Of a stretch of DNA of 64,000 nt, positions 47,267 through 57,700 are shown one piece after another. Numbering within the stretch: position 1 is the stretch's first letter; every line of letters begins with the position of its first letter. The notes under the pieces were generated by a model. It ran no database searches. It worked only from the letters and a program-made list of their open reading frames with translations, and had not been told where the DNA came from. Source of the DNA: an uncultured Candidatus Saccharibacteria bacterium. GTDB taxonomy: Bacteria > Patescibacteriota > Minisyncoccia > Phycocordibacterales > DATDWN01. Made by a program: the position numbers and the translations under genes. Location of the stretch: assembly GCA_964586695.1 (NCBI GenBank), contig CAZPGQ010000001.1, positions 5,350-69,349 on the forward strand. Direction: 5' to 3'.

Positions 47267-47387
47267 ACTTCCAAATTTGGCGAACTCCTTGTTGCCAAAT
47301 TGAAAATATTCGTCACCTTAGCACTAACTAAGGCTCCTCATATTTTCAATTTCTCACGTCGGATTTCATCCAAATTATGAAAGCCTC
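47264..47387 (+). repeat. Stop-codon-anchored palindrome, copy 5
   Basis: TAGACTTCCAAATTTGGCGAA...TCGTCACCTTA..TAAGGCTCCTC...TCATCCAAATTATGAAAG. Confidence 0.8.
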
Positions 47388-47446
47388 ATGGTTGTGTGGT
47401 GGTTGCAAAAATAAGGGATTTATTATAGAGTACTAGAACTAAAAAC

Positions 47447-47869
47447 ATGGCAAAGAAAATAACAAAAAAGCTTAAATTGGTCATTCCTGCAGGAAAGGCT
47501 ACACCAGCACCTCCAACAGGTCCTGCTTTGGGTCAGGCTGGAGTTGCTATTGGTGAATTCGTAAAGCAATTCAACGATGCTACAGCAAAGATGATGGGAG
47601 ATATCGTGCCTGTAGAAATTACAGTTTACGAGGACAGAACTTTCACTTTTGTTCTAAAGACTCCTCCAGCTTCATCTCTTATTTTGAAAGCTCTTGGAAA
47701 AGAGAAAGGTTCTGGAAAGAACGCCGTTTCAAAGATTGGTTCAATAACAAAGGCTCAGTTAAAGGAAATCGCAGAGAAGAAAATGCCAGATCTAAATGCT
47801 AATGATATTGATGCCGCGATGAAAATCATTGCAGGATCTGCACGAAGCATGGGCGTAGACGTGAAATAA
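47447..47869 (+). CDS. rplK: 50S ribosomal protein L11
   Basis: [27 protein letters not shown]. Confidence 0.97.
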   Translation: MAKKITKKLKLVIPAGKATPAPPTGPALGQAGVAIGEFVKQFNDATAKMMGDIVPVEITVYEDRTFTFVLKTPPASSLILKALGKEKGSGKNAVSKIGSITKAQLKEIAEKKMPDLNANDIDAAMKIIAGSARSMGVDVK

Positions 47870-47889
47870 TTAATTTAACAACCTCTAAT

Positions 47890-47919
47890 ACAAAAAACCG
47901 GGAATTCCCGGTTTTTTGT
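47890..47919. terminator. Bidirectional terminator
   Basis: Perfect palindrome ACAAAAAACCGGGAATTCCCGGTTTTTTGT between convergent genes. Confidence 0.75.
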
Positions 47920-47920
47920 T

Positions 47921-48598
47921 TTATTGTTTTTTAATATCTCTATCCATGTAAAGCTTCGGCAACATACTTTTCGGATTCCATTCTTTCGCTAACTTTTTAA
48001 GATCTGTTGTTGTTTGGTACTTTCCTGAGTGAGCGTAGTTTTTATCTAGAATCTCTCCAGTTTCAAAGAATATTATTTGGGCAATTCTTCGTCCAACAAC
48101 TAGGGGTATAGCGTAGTGTTGAGAGTTGTTGGTTATCTCCATCGTCCATCTGTTTATGTATCCAACATCACCCCAACCTGCACATTTACAAACCTCAATA
48201 AAGTTCCTTCCCATAGAAGATCTAGCTTTCATCATTGTTGTTATATGTTTTTGCCCGCCAATAAACTCGTTTGTGTGGGCTAGTATAGTCTCTCCTGGGT
48301 TAAGTAATATAACTTTATCGTCAGGACTTATTCCATCCCAGTTAAAGTTATACTTTTTAAATACTTCTGAGGCCTTCTCTGCTTTTTCTGGTTTTGTACC
48401 CCATACGTAGTCTGTATGAGATTTGCTCCAAATGTTGTAGATATTGTGGTGGTGTTTTGAATTATGTTGCTCTCTAAAATAAAACTCTCCCAAAGTTACA
48501 TCATAACTAGACGTTGCTAGGTTTTCTTTTTTAAATGGATTTATAACTATATCACCGACTTTCATTGCTTCAGTAATTTTTTTATCAGATAGTGCCAT
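47921..48598 (-). CDS. dcd: dCTP deaminase
   Basis: LSDKKI, SYDVTLG, ARSSMGR, D.GY, MEITN, RIAQIIF. Confidence 0.88.
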   Translation of the reverse strand: MALSDKKITEAMKVGDIVINPFKKENLATSSYDVTLGEFYFREQHNSKHHHNIYNIWSKSHTDYVWGTKPEKAEKASEVFKKYNFNWDGISPDDKVILLNPGETILAHTNEFIGGQKHITTMMKARSSMGRNFIEVCKCAGWGDVGYINRWTMEITNNSQHYAIPLVVGRRIAQIIFFETGEILDKNYAHSGKYQTTTDLKKLAKEWNPKSMLPKLYMDRDIKKQ

Positions 48599-48602
48599 AT
48601 TT

Positions 48603-49928
48603 TTATTTGTTATTTTCTTCTTTTTTAGTAATTGTTTGGGTTCCTCGCTTTGATGACCATTCATCTGGTGAGTAGTCACAATACATCTTCATCTTTGGAA
48701 ATAGTTTTTGAATAGACTTTCCCATTTCCTGAGCTATAACACGGAGGGTGGGGTGTACTGTTTGTCCTGATCTTAGTTCTGCTATATACGTTGCAGCCGG
48801 TAGATCAAAGGTACATGAGCAAGCTACGTTAAAGCCCATTGCGGTGTAGTACTGTCTGGTTTTCTCATCACATTTCAAAGAATTTATTTTTTTTGTTTGT
48901 TTTTTAATTACACTTTGGACTTCTGCTCGATATTTTTTCGGTATTTGTTCTATATACCATTTTTGGAATCCGTATTTTGTTGTGAGTGGTGGCATTAGGA
49001 TGATTCCACTTCTGTGTCTCTGCAGGTCTCTGAAAGATCCAAAATCCAACAAAAACTGGAATGTAAAAGTCCCAAACTTTTTTAGAAATGAAGGTAGTTC
49101 TGTTTTTATCGGCCTACCGGCTAAAAGATCTTTGTATTTATTTATAGCTTTTGAATTTATAGTATTTGTAACAGAAAAAGTTTTTTTGAGTTTTGATTCG
49201 GGCTCTAGATACACGTATTCATCCATGTAGGCTTTTATATACCTTTCTGTATCCGGGTATATTTTGTCGAAACCAGATGATGGATATTTTTTGTTTAGTT
49301 CAGTTGCCATTTCTTCCGCCGTATCTCTGACCTCATCTAGAGGGTGGTTGCGGAGTTCTTGTAGATGGTCTGCTGCTTGTCTTAAGTTTGTGTGCCATCC
49401 AACATATGTTGTGGCTCCTGCGGGTAGAAGTGAGCGAGCTATATCAAACGCTTTTGCGTATATTGCTCGTTCATATACTTTTGGGTTTTCGTCTTCACGC
49501 ATTGGAAACTTTTCCTTTAGGTATGGAGGAAGAACGGTGAGCATTTTGTCGTAAACTTTCATCCATGTATTTTGGATTTCCTCACCGACATGACTCTTGA
49601 GGGGATTCAAGATGAGAGGGTTGATAATTTCCTGTTTGCTCATGTCTATATATCTCGTACTCGCTTCCTGGCCGTTGTATAGCGCCCATTGTTGAATGGC
49701 TTTCGCACACAACATACTAACGTTTTCTGCACATATGGTCGTTGTTCCACAGTCACCAATACTTCTGTGACCATATCCAACATAGTACTGCGCCATAAAC
49801 TTTTCTGGTCCAACTCGTTTAACTGTTTCGAGGTGTGCATCAAAGCTTTGTGGATCTCTGGAATACATCGCCAGGGCCATGGCATTTGCCTCGGGTGGTA
49901 ATTCGTGGCTTACAATTATTTTTCTCAT
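48603..49928 (-). CDS. thyX: FAD-dependent thymidylate synthase, tandem-domain form
   Basis: GHRSIGD, EASTRY, ARSLLP; second half with RDLQRHR and ELRS. Confidence 0.85.
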   Translation of the reverse strand: MRKIIVSHELPPEANAMALAMYSRDPQSFDAHLETVKRVGPEKFMAQYYVGYGHRSIGDCGTTTICAENVSMLCAKAIQQWALYNGQEASTRYIDMSKQEIINPLILNPLKSHVGEEIQNTWMKVYDKMLTVLPPYLKEKFPMREDENPKVYERAIYAKAFDIARSLLPAGATTYVGWHTNLRQAADHLQELRNHPLDEVRDTAEEMATELNKKYPSSGFDKIYPDTERYIKAYMDEYVYLEPESKLKKTFSVTNTINSKAINKYKDLLAGRPIKTELPSFLKKFGTFTFQFLLDFGSFRDLQRHRSGIILMPPLTTKYGFQKWYIEQIPKKYRAEVQSVIKKQTKKINSLKCDEKTRQYYTAMGFNVACSCTFDLPAATYIAELRSGQTVHPTLRVIAQEMGKSIQKLFPKMKMYCDYSPDEWSSKRGTQTITKKEENNK

Positions 49929-49954
49929 AATTTGTATTATACTATTTACTACGT

Positions 49955-50644
49955 ATGCAGAAAGGAAAACTTATTGTTATAGATGGAATTGACGGCTCTG
50001 GCAAGGCTACACAGGTAAAAATCCTTAAACAAAGGCTTTTAAAAGAGGGTTTTAAAGTAAAAACTATAGATTTCCCAAGATATGAAAATAACTTTTTCGG
50101 ATCTTTGATAGGTGAATATTTATCTGGTTTGCACGGAGATTTTATTGCAATGGATTCAAAGATAGCTTCCATTTTATATGCAGCAGATAGATTTGAATCC
50201 AGTAAGCAAATTAAAAAGTGGCTCGGTGAAGGTTGCGTTGTTCTGGCTGACCGATACGCAACGGCCAACCAGATTCATCAAGGGGGAAAGATCGATGATT
50301 TGAAAAAGAGAAAAGAATTTTTAGCATGGCTATATAAAATGGAATATGGTGTTTTTGGTATCCCAAAACCTGACTTAGTAATTTATTTAGATGTACCTTT
50401 TGAGGTTAGTAAAATGTGGTTACAGAAAAAAGTTACTCAAAGAAAGAAAATCTATTTAAACGGAAGAAAAGATGTTGCGGAGGATAACCTATTGCATTTA
50501 AAGAACTCGAGAAACAGTGCACTGCTTTTGGCAAAAGAAAACAAAAACTGGGTAAAAGTTGAGTGTTGTAGAGGAAATGTTTGTATGAGTTTGGAGCAGG
50601 TTGGGGAGGAGGTGTATAAGATAGTTAAGAAGAAAATAAAATAA
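49955..50644 (+). CDS. tmk: Thymidylate kinase
   Basis: DGIDGSGKATQ, FPRY, LYAADR, DRY. Confidence 0.9.
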   Translation: MQKGKLIVIDGIDGSGKATQVKILKQRLLKEGFKVKTIDFPRYENNFFGSLIGEYLSGLHGDFIAMDSKIASILYAADRFESSKQIKKWLGEGCVVLADRYATANQIHQGGKIDDLKKRKEFLAWLYKMEYGVFGIPKPDLVIYLDVPFEVSKMWLQKKVTQRKKIYLNGRKDVAEDNLLHLKNSRNSALLLAKENKNWVKVECCRGNVCMSLEQVGEEVYKIVKKKIK

Positions 50645-50703
50645 CATGATCTAGTGAAAACGAAAAAATAATATTTTATTATTCAGATTATTTTTATATT
50701 TAC

Positions 50704-51879
50704 ATGAAAGATACACAAATAAAAAAACTTATAGAAGGGGAAAAGAAAAGACAAAAAAGTGTTATTAATCTTATTGCGTCAGAAAACTATGTTTCAAAAG
50801 ATGTTCTCGAGGCATTAGGGTCAGAGCTGACAAACAAATATGCAGAAGGGTATTCTCACAAGAGATACTATGGTGGGCAGACTTTTGTCGATAAGATAGA
50901 AGATTTGACTGTTGAAAGAGCACTTAAACTTTTTGGATTGCCTGCGTCAAAATGGGCAGTGAATGTTCAGGCGCTTTCTGGGTCTCCAGCAAATCTAGCT
51001 GTGTACCTGGCAAATGTTCCTTTGGGAGGAAAAATTATGGGTATGAGTTTGGATCACGGAGGACATCTTACACACGGTCACAAAGTTTCTATGACTGGAA
51101 AAGCGTGGGCGCAGGTTCCGTATGGAGTTCGTTCTGATACAGAAGTAATTGACTACGATGAATTAAAAAAACTAGCCGAAAAAGAAAAACCAAATATTAT
51201 TGTTGCAGGCTTCACAGCCTATCCTCGAAGAGTGGATTTTAAAAAGTTTAGAGAAATAGCAGATAGTTGTGGAGCAATACTTATGGTGGATATGTCACAC
51301 TTTGCTGGACTTGTGGCTGGTAAAGAATACCCATCACCATTTCAATATGCAGACGTCGTTACTACTACAGTTCACAAGACTCTCCGTGGCCCAAGGTCTG
51401 CACTTATATTTTCAAAGATAGATGAAAGAGAATTGTATAAAAAAATAGATCGTGCTGTTTTTCCTGGACTTCAAGGTGGTCCTCACGTAAATCAGATTGC
51501 GGCTGTAGCTGTGGCTCTGAAAGAGGCAAATACTCCTGCGTTTAAAAAATATGCAAAGCAGGTAGTAAAAAATGCGGACGTACTTGCCAAAGAACTTACA
51601 AAACTTGGTTGGAGAATAGTTTCTGGGGGAACAGACACACATTTAGTGCTAGTCGATACATGGATGGATGGGAAGGGAATAAGTGGCGCAGAAGCAAGTG
51701 ATAAGCTAGAAAAAAATGGAATCATTGTAAATAAAAATACAATACCTGGCGAAAAAAGATCTCCTATGGATCCGTCAGGTATTCGTCTTGGTTCTGCTGC
51801 AGAAACAACTCGTGGTAAAAAAGAAAAAGATTTTGTGAATATTGCGAAGAAGATAGATAAGATATTAAAGAAAAAATAA
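50704..51879 (+). CDS. glyA: Serine hydroxymethyltransferase
   Basis: LIASEN, NKYAEGY, GGHLTHG, TTTVHKTLRGPR. Confidence 0.96.
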   Translation: MKDTQIKKLIEGEKKRQKSVINLIASENYVSKDVLEALGSELTNKYAEGYSHKRYYGGQTFVDKIEDLTVERALKLFGLPASKWAVNVQALSGSPANLAVYLANVPLGGKIMGMSLDHGGHLTHGHKVSMTGKAWAQVPYGVRSDTEVIDYDELKKLAEKEKPNIIVAGFTAYPRRVDFKKFREIADSCGAILMVDMSHFAGLVAGKEYPSPFQYADVVTTTVHKTLRGPRSALIFSKIDERELYKKIDRAVFPGLQGGPHVNQIAAVAVALKEANTPAFKKYAKQVVKNADVLAKELTKLGWRIVSGGTDTHLVLVDTWMDGKGISGAEASDKLEKNGIIVNKNTIPGEKRSPMDPSGIRLGSAAETTRGKKEKDFVNIAKKIDKILKKK

Positions 51880-51880
51880 G

Positions 51881-52300
51881 ATGAAAATATATTTTTCAGG
51901 TTCAATACGTGGGAGTAAAGAGCATACAGAAATTTATTCTGATTTTATACATGAGCTTCACAAGTACGGCGTAGTTTTAACTGAACATGTTGGATTTAAA
52001 AATTTAAGTGTAATAGGGGAGGTAAATATGCCTGTAGCAGAAATATATAAAAGAGATATGGACTGGCTTGTGGAATCTGATATTGTAGTAGCTGAAGTTT
52101 CATCCATGAGTCTTGGAGTTGGATATGAAATTGGTCAGGCAGAAGCTTTGAAAAAGCCAGTATACTGTTTTTGTCATTCAACGATCCGGGATAACCTTTC
52201 GGCTATGATATCGGGTAATCCTAATGTAAAATTGTATAGATACACTACAATAGAGGGTATAAGGGAAATTTTAGAAAAAGAATTTGGTAAGGATAAATAA
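51881..52300 (+). CDS. Nucleoside 2-deoxyribosyltransferase/Rcl(DNPH1)-like N-glycosidase
   Basis: IYFSGSIRG, VLTEHV, RD..W, SLGVGYEIG, LSAMI.GN. Confidence 0.85.
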   Translation: MKIYFSGSIRGSKEHTEIYSDFIHELHKYGVVLTEHVGFKNLSVIGEVNMPVAEIYKRDMDWLVESDIVVAEVSSMSLGVGYEIGQAEALKKPVYCFCHSTIRDNLSAMISGNPNVKLYRYTTIEGIREILEKEFGKDK

Positions 52301-52301
52301 T

Positions 52302-52634
52302 ATGGATCTTAATGAATTTCAAAAAAAAGCTATAGAGACTGCGATGTACCCTGAAAAGCACAAGATAATTTATCCTGCACTGGGCTTGGGGGATGAATCT
52401 GGCGAGGTGCTTGGAAAGATAAGAAAGTGGCTAAGAGAAGACGATGGTAGTGCAGAAATGACTCATGAAAGAAAAGAATCAATAAAAGGAGAGCTCGGAG
52501 ACGTTATGTGGTTTGTGTCTAATTTAGCAAATGATCTGGGATTTGCTCTGGAGGATGTAGCAAAATTTAATATAGAAAAGTTGCAGTCTAGAAAAGAAAG
52601 AGGAGTCATAAAGGGTGATGGTGATAATAGATAA
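52302..52634 (+). CDS. MazG-like nucleotide pyrophosphohydrolase
   Basis: GL..ESGE, ELGDV.W, NIEKL.SR, GDGDNR. Confidence 0.85.
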   Translation: MDLNEFQKKAIETAMYPEKHKIIYPALGLGDESGEVLGKIRKWLREDDGSAEMTHERKESIKGELGDVMWFVSNLANDLGFALEDVAKFNIEKLQSRKERGVIKGDGDNR

Positions 52635-52635
52635 A

Positions 52636-54294
52636 ATGAAAGAAGAAATAATAAAACACATTGAAGATATTCTAAAAGAAAAAGGAGTTGAAAATCCTAA
52701 GGTTAATTTCACACCTTCTATATATCTAGATAAAGGAGACTACTCAACAAACGTTGCTATGGTGCACGCTAAGGAACTAAGTATGAAGCCTTTTGATTTG
52801 GCAGAAGAAATTAAAAATAAAATAAATAGTGATGGTGTTAAAGTTGAGGTTGCTCAACCTGGATTTATAAACTTCTTTTTTGATAAAAAATATTTTGGAG
52901 AAAATGTTTCGAAAATAATAGAGCAGGGTGGAGAGTTCGGAAAGAATGAAAGCTTGAAAGGACAGAAGACTATTATTGAGTACACTGACCCGAACCCTTT
53001 TAAGGAGTTCCATATTGGACACCTTATGCCTAATGTCACAGGAGAATCAATAGCTAGAATTTTGGATGCAAATGGAGCAGAAGTTAAGCGAGCAAACTAC
53101 CAAGGTGATGTGGGTCTCCATGTTGCAAAAGCTGTATGGGCTATCAAAAACCACAATAAACCTTTACTCGAAGCATATGCATTTGGTCACAAAGCATATG
53201 ACGAAGATGAAAAAGCTAAGCAAGAAATCATATATATAAATAAAAAAATCTACGACAAAAGTGATACGGAAATAAATGATATATACGAAGATGGAAGAAA
53301 GAAGTCACTTCTATATTTTGAAGTAATGTATGAAAAGCTGGGAACAAAGTTTGATTACTATTTTTTTGAAAGCGAAGTTGCAGAGTTTGGAAAAGAAACT
53401 GTCGAAAAAAATATTGGAAGTGTTTTTGAAAAAAGCGATGGAGCCGTTGTGTTTAAGGGAGAGAACTATGATAAAAAACTTCACACACGAGTTTTTGTGA
53501 ACAATGAGGGTTTGCCAACATACGAAGCAAAGGAACTTGGACTTTCCAAAATAAAGTTTGATACATACCCGTATGATAAATCGATAATAATCACTGGCAA
53601 TGAAATCAATGAATACTTCAAGGTTTTATTCAAGTCAATGTCATTTGTTTTTCCCGAGCTTGCTTCAAAAACACAACATGTCTCACATGGTATGCTCCGT
53701 TTACCAGAAGGTAAAATGTCATCTAGAACCGGAAACATTATTTCTGCCGAGTCTCTAATTGATCAAGTAAAAGAAAAAGTTTTAGAAAAAATGAAAGACG
53801 CAGAACTTAGCCAGGAAGAAAAGAACGAAACAGTTTACTCTGTTTCAACCGGTGCAATAAAATATTCAATCCTTCATCAAGCTATAGGTGGTGATATTGT
53901 TTTTGATTTTGATAAATCAATTTCATTTGAAGGTGACTCTGGCCCATATTTGCAATACTCTGCAGTACGAGCACATTCAATTTTGAAAAAAGCAGAGGGT
54001 GTAGTAAGTGTTTCAAAAAATATTCCTGAAAATTGGGAAACAACAAATATTGAAAGGTTGCTCGAAAGATTCCCAGATATTGTTGCTCGAGCAGGAAGTG
54101 AGTACGCTCCACACTACATTGCAACATATCTAATAGAACTAGCAGGGGAGTTCAACTCTTTTTACGCTCACCACAAAATAATTGACGAAGCTGATGTATC
54201 TTCTTCGTACAGGTTGGCTGTGACCCAAGCTTTCTACCAGGTAATGATTTCTGGTTTAAATTTGTTGGGGATTAAGGTGCCTGAAAAGATGTAG
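52636..54294 (+). CDS. argS: Arginine--tRNA ligase
   Basis: GDYSTN, PGFINF, HIGH, KMSSRTG, GPYLQY, PEKM. Confidence 0.95.
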   Translation: MKEEIIKHIEDILKEKGVENPKVNFTPSIYLDKGDYSTNVAMVHAKELSMKPFDLAEEIKNKINSDGVKVEVAQPGFINFFFDKKYFGENVSKIIEQGGEFGKNESLKGQKTIIEYTDPNPFKEFHIGHLMPNVTGESIARILDANGAEVKRANYQGDVGLHVAKAVWAIKNHNKPLLEAYAFGHKAYDEDEKAKQEIIYINKKIYDKSDTEINDIYEDGRKKSLLYFEVMYEKLGTKFDYYFFESEVAEFGKETVEKNIGSVFEKSDGAVVFKGENYDKKLHTRVFVNNEGLPTYEAKELGLSKIKFDTYPYDKSIIITGNEINEYFKVLFKSMSFVFPELASKTQHVSHGMLRLPEGKMSSRTGNIISAESLIDQVKEKVLEKMKDAELSQEEKNETVYSVSTGAIKYSILHQAIGGDIVFDFDKSISFEGDSGPYLQYSAVRAHSILKKAEGVVSVSKNIPENWETTNIERLLERFPDIVARAGSEYAPHYIATYLIELAGEFNSFYAHHKIIDEADVSSSYRLAVTQAFYQVMISGLNLLGIKVPEKM

Positions 54295-54313
54295 ATTTTG
54301 ATATAGTTAATGA

Positions 54314-54535
54314 ATGTCAAAAAAGTGGAAAATTTTCTATAAGACTCTAGGTTTTATTTTTATAGTAGTTGGTGTGTCTCTGTATTGGACCCCTGTTCCA
54401 GGCACAACTATTTTGATTATTCTTGGATTCGTATGGTTTATTGGTAAGTCAAAAACACTTTCTTTTTTCAAAGAGAACTTGAATAAGAAAGTATTCAGAT
54501 ACCTGAGACTCGGTGCAATAATTAAAAAAATGTAG
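54314..54535 (+). CDS. Small membrane protein
   Basis: Two TMs around a TPVPG motif. Confidence 0.6.
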   Translation: MSKKWKIFYKTLGFIFIVVGVSLYWTPVPGTTILIILGFVWFIGKSKTLSFFKENLNKKVFRYLRLGAIIKKM

Positions 54536-54573
54536 TTTTCAAAAGTAAATAATTATGATAAGGTTTCCTTAAC

Positions 54574-54742
54574 AGCGCTTAAGAGATTAATCACCTCTAG
54601 CTTTGGGAAGAAAACTGAAAGGTGAGTAGAACCCAACGGGTGGCCCGTTATAGCCATAAAGAGAAGTAAACAAGGTGGTACCACGAAGAAATTCGTCCTT
54701 GCTTAGGAACATATTGTTCCTGCGCGAGGACGAATTTTTTAT
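54574..54742 (+). promoter_or_regulatory. Ile T-box riboswitch with ultrashort stem I and intrinsic terminator
   Basis: Specifier ATC at 54590-92 in the loop of AGAG/CTCT; stem II GAA/AGTA; CCCGTTA IIA/B; T-box AAGGTGGTACCACG 54672-85; terminator + T tract. Confidence 0.9.
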
Positions 54743-54768
54743 TTAAAAATTATTAATAAATTATCAAC

Positions 54769-57700
54769 ATGACTGAAGAAAATAAAAAAGGAGAAGTGGC
54801 TTTGAAAGAGGAAAAGATCCTTGAGTTTTGGAACGAAAAAGAAATTTTCAAAAAAACTTTGGACAGGAAATCAACAAAAGGAAACTTTGTATTTTACGAA
54901 GGCCCTCCTACTGCAAACGCAAAGCCAGCTCTGCACCACCTTGAGTCACGAGTTTTTAAAGACATCATTCCTCGTTTTAAAACGATGCAAGGTTTTTATG
55001 TGCGAAGAAAAGCAGGTTGGGATACACACGGACTTCCTGTTGAACTACAGATTGAAAAAAAACTTGGACTAAAATCAAAAAAGGAAATCGAAGCTTATGG
55101 GGTGGAGAAATTTAACAAAGAATGTAAAGACAGCGTGTTTCAATATATCGGTGATTGGGAAAAGTTTACTGATCGAATTGGATACTGGGTAGACAAAAAG
55201 GATGCTTACTATACTTTTGACACTCCATACATAGAGTCTGTTTGGAATATTTTGAAAACTGTAAACGAGAAAGGTTTGCTATATAAGGACTATAAAGTCC
55301 TTCCTTGGTGTCCTCGTTGTGGCACTGCACTATCTTCACATGAACTAGCTCAAGGTTATCAAGACGACAAAGATCTTTCTGTTACAGCAAAGTTTAAAAT
55401 AAAAGGTGTAGATAACGGGTACTTTTTAGCTTGGACAACAACACCTTGGACATTGCCTGGAAATGTTGCTTTGGCAGTCGGGCCAGATATTACATATGTC
55501 GAGGCAAAAGTAGGTAGTGAGATTCTAGTTCTGGCAAAAGAGAGACTTTCAGTTCTTACAGAGCCATACGAAATAGTAGCAGAACACAAGGGAAGTGAAT
55601 GTGTTGGAATGGAGTACGAACCACTATACCCATATATGCAAAAAAAGTTTGGAGACAAAAATCCAGAAGCTTTTGCAAAAGCATTTAAGGTTTATTCTGC
55701 TGAGTTTGTTACAACCACAGATGGAACAGGTATCGTTCACACAGCTGTGATGTACGGACAGGATGACTTTGTTTTGGGAAACCAAATTGGTTTACCAAAG
55801 TTTCATTTGGTAAAAGACGACGGGCACTATTTGGATGGAATGGATTTCTTGTCTGAAAGATTTGTTAAAGACGAGGAGGTCGCAGTGGATGTTATAAAAG
55901 ATTTAGCCCACAGAGGATTACTTTTCAACAAAGAAAAGTACGAGCACTCATACCCGCATTGTTGGAGATGCAAAACTCCTCTTATCTATTACGCGAGAGA
56001 CTCTTGGTATATTGCCATGTCAAAACTTCGTGGAGAGCTTCTTTCTGAAAATGAGGGCATCACTTGGGAGCCTGGACATATAAAAGAAGGCCGTTTTGGT
56101 GAGTGGTTAAAAGAAATAAAAGACTGGGCAATTTCTCGAGAAAGATACTGGGGAACACCACTGCCTATTTGGAAAAACGAAGAAGGAAAGATAAAAGTTA
56201 TTGGAAGTGTGGATGATTTGAAAAAGTTTTCAAAGAAGTCTGGAAATAAATACTACATAATCCGTCATGGAGAAGGTGAACACAATGTTGCAAACATAAT
56301 CAGTTCTAAAAAAGATGATAATTTTCATCTAACAGAAAAGGGAAAAGAACAGGTTAGGGTATCAGCTGAATTTATGAAAGAGAAGGGAATTACAAAGATA
56401 ATTTCTTCGCCTTTCATTAGAACAACAGAAACTGCTGAAATAATCAGAGAAATTTTAGGTTTGGATAAAAGCAAACTGATTTTTGATGAAAGACTTTCAG
56501 AACACGATCTCGGTGACCTAAATGGAAAACCTATAAGTGACTATCACAAGATTGCTAAGACAAATGAGGATATATATGAAATGAAGGTTGGCGGGGGAGA
56601 AAGTTTGGAAGATATGAAAGTTAGAACTGGAGAGTTTCTCTATGATGTTGATAAAAACAACAGTAATGAAAATATCCTGATTGTTACACATGAACACACT
56701 ACATGGGCATTAGAATCAGCTGGAAAAGGATTGAATAAAAAAGATACTGCGAGTTTAAGAAAAGAGCATCAGGAGTTTATAAAAAACGCAGAGATTCAAA
56801 ATTTGGATTTTGTTCAGATGCCACATAACTCGAAATATGAAATTGATCTTCACAAACCATATATCGATAGTGTAGAGCTTGTTGACGAAGATGGTACTAC
56901 TTTAACTCGAGTAAAAGAGGTGATGGACGTTTGGTTTGATTCTGGAGCGATGCCTTTTGCGCAGGATCATTTTCCTTGGAATGAAGGGGAGATTTCATAT
57001 CCAGCAGATTTTATTTCTGAGGCTATAGATCAGACACGAGGATGGTTCTACACACTGCACGCTATAGGTGTTTTGATGGGTAAAGGTAAGGCATACAAAA
57101 ATGTAATTTGTCTCGGTCACATACTTGATAGCGAAGGTAAGAAAATGTCGAAGTCGATAGGAAATATTATTGATCCATGGTTAATGATGGATAAATATGG
57201 AGTAGATGCTCTTAGGCTTTGGATGTACACAGTAAATAGTCCGGGGGATTCAAAAAACTTTGATGAGAAAACTGTTGATGAAATAGTAAAAAAAGTTTTC
57301 AATCCACTACTTAACATTGTCGCTTTCTATGAGTTGTATAAAGATGAAACTATTGTTGCACACAATAAAAGTGAAAATGTTTTGGATAAATGGATTTTGT
57401 CTCGGCTTAACGAACTCATAAAAAATGGAACAAATTCTTTGGAGAAGTTTCAGGTTTTTGAGTCCGCTAGACCGATAAGAGATTTTGTTAATGATTTTTC
57501 AACTTGGTATGTGAGACGATCAAGAGAGAGGTTTAAATCAGATGATAAAAATGAAAAAGGGGATGCACTGGGTACAACATTATTTGTGCTAAAGGAGCTC
57601 TCAAAATATATGGCACCTTTTACTCCATTTTTTGCAGAGCAGGTTTATCAGCAGATAAAAGTGGAAAGTGATGTAGAAAGTGCGCATTTGTGTGACTGGC

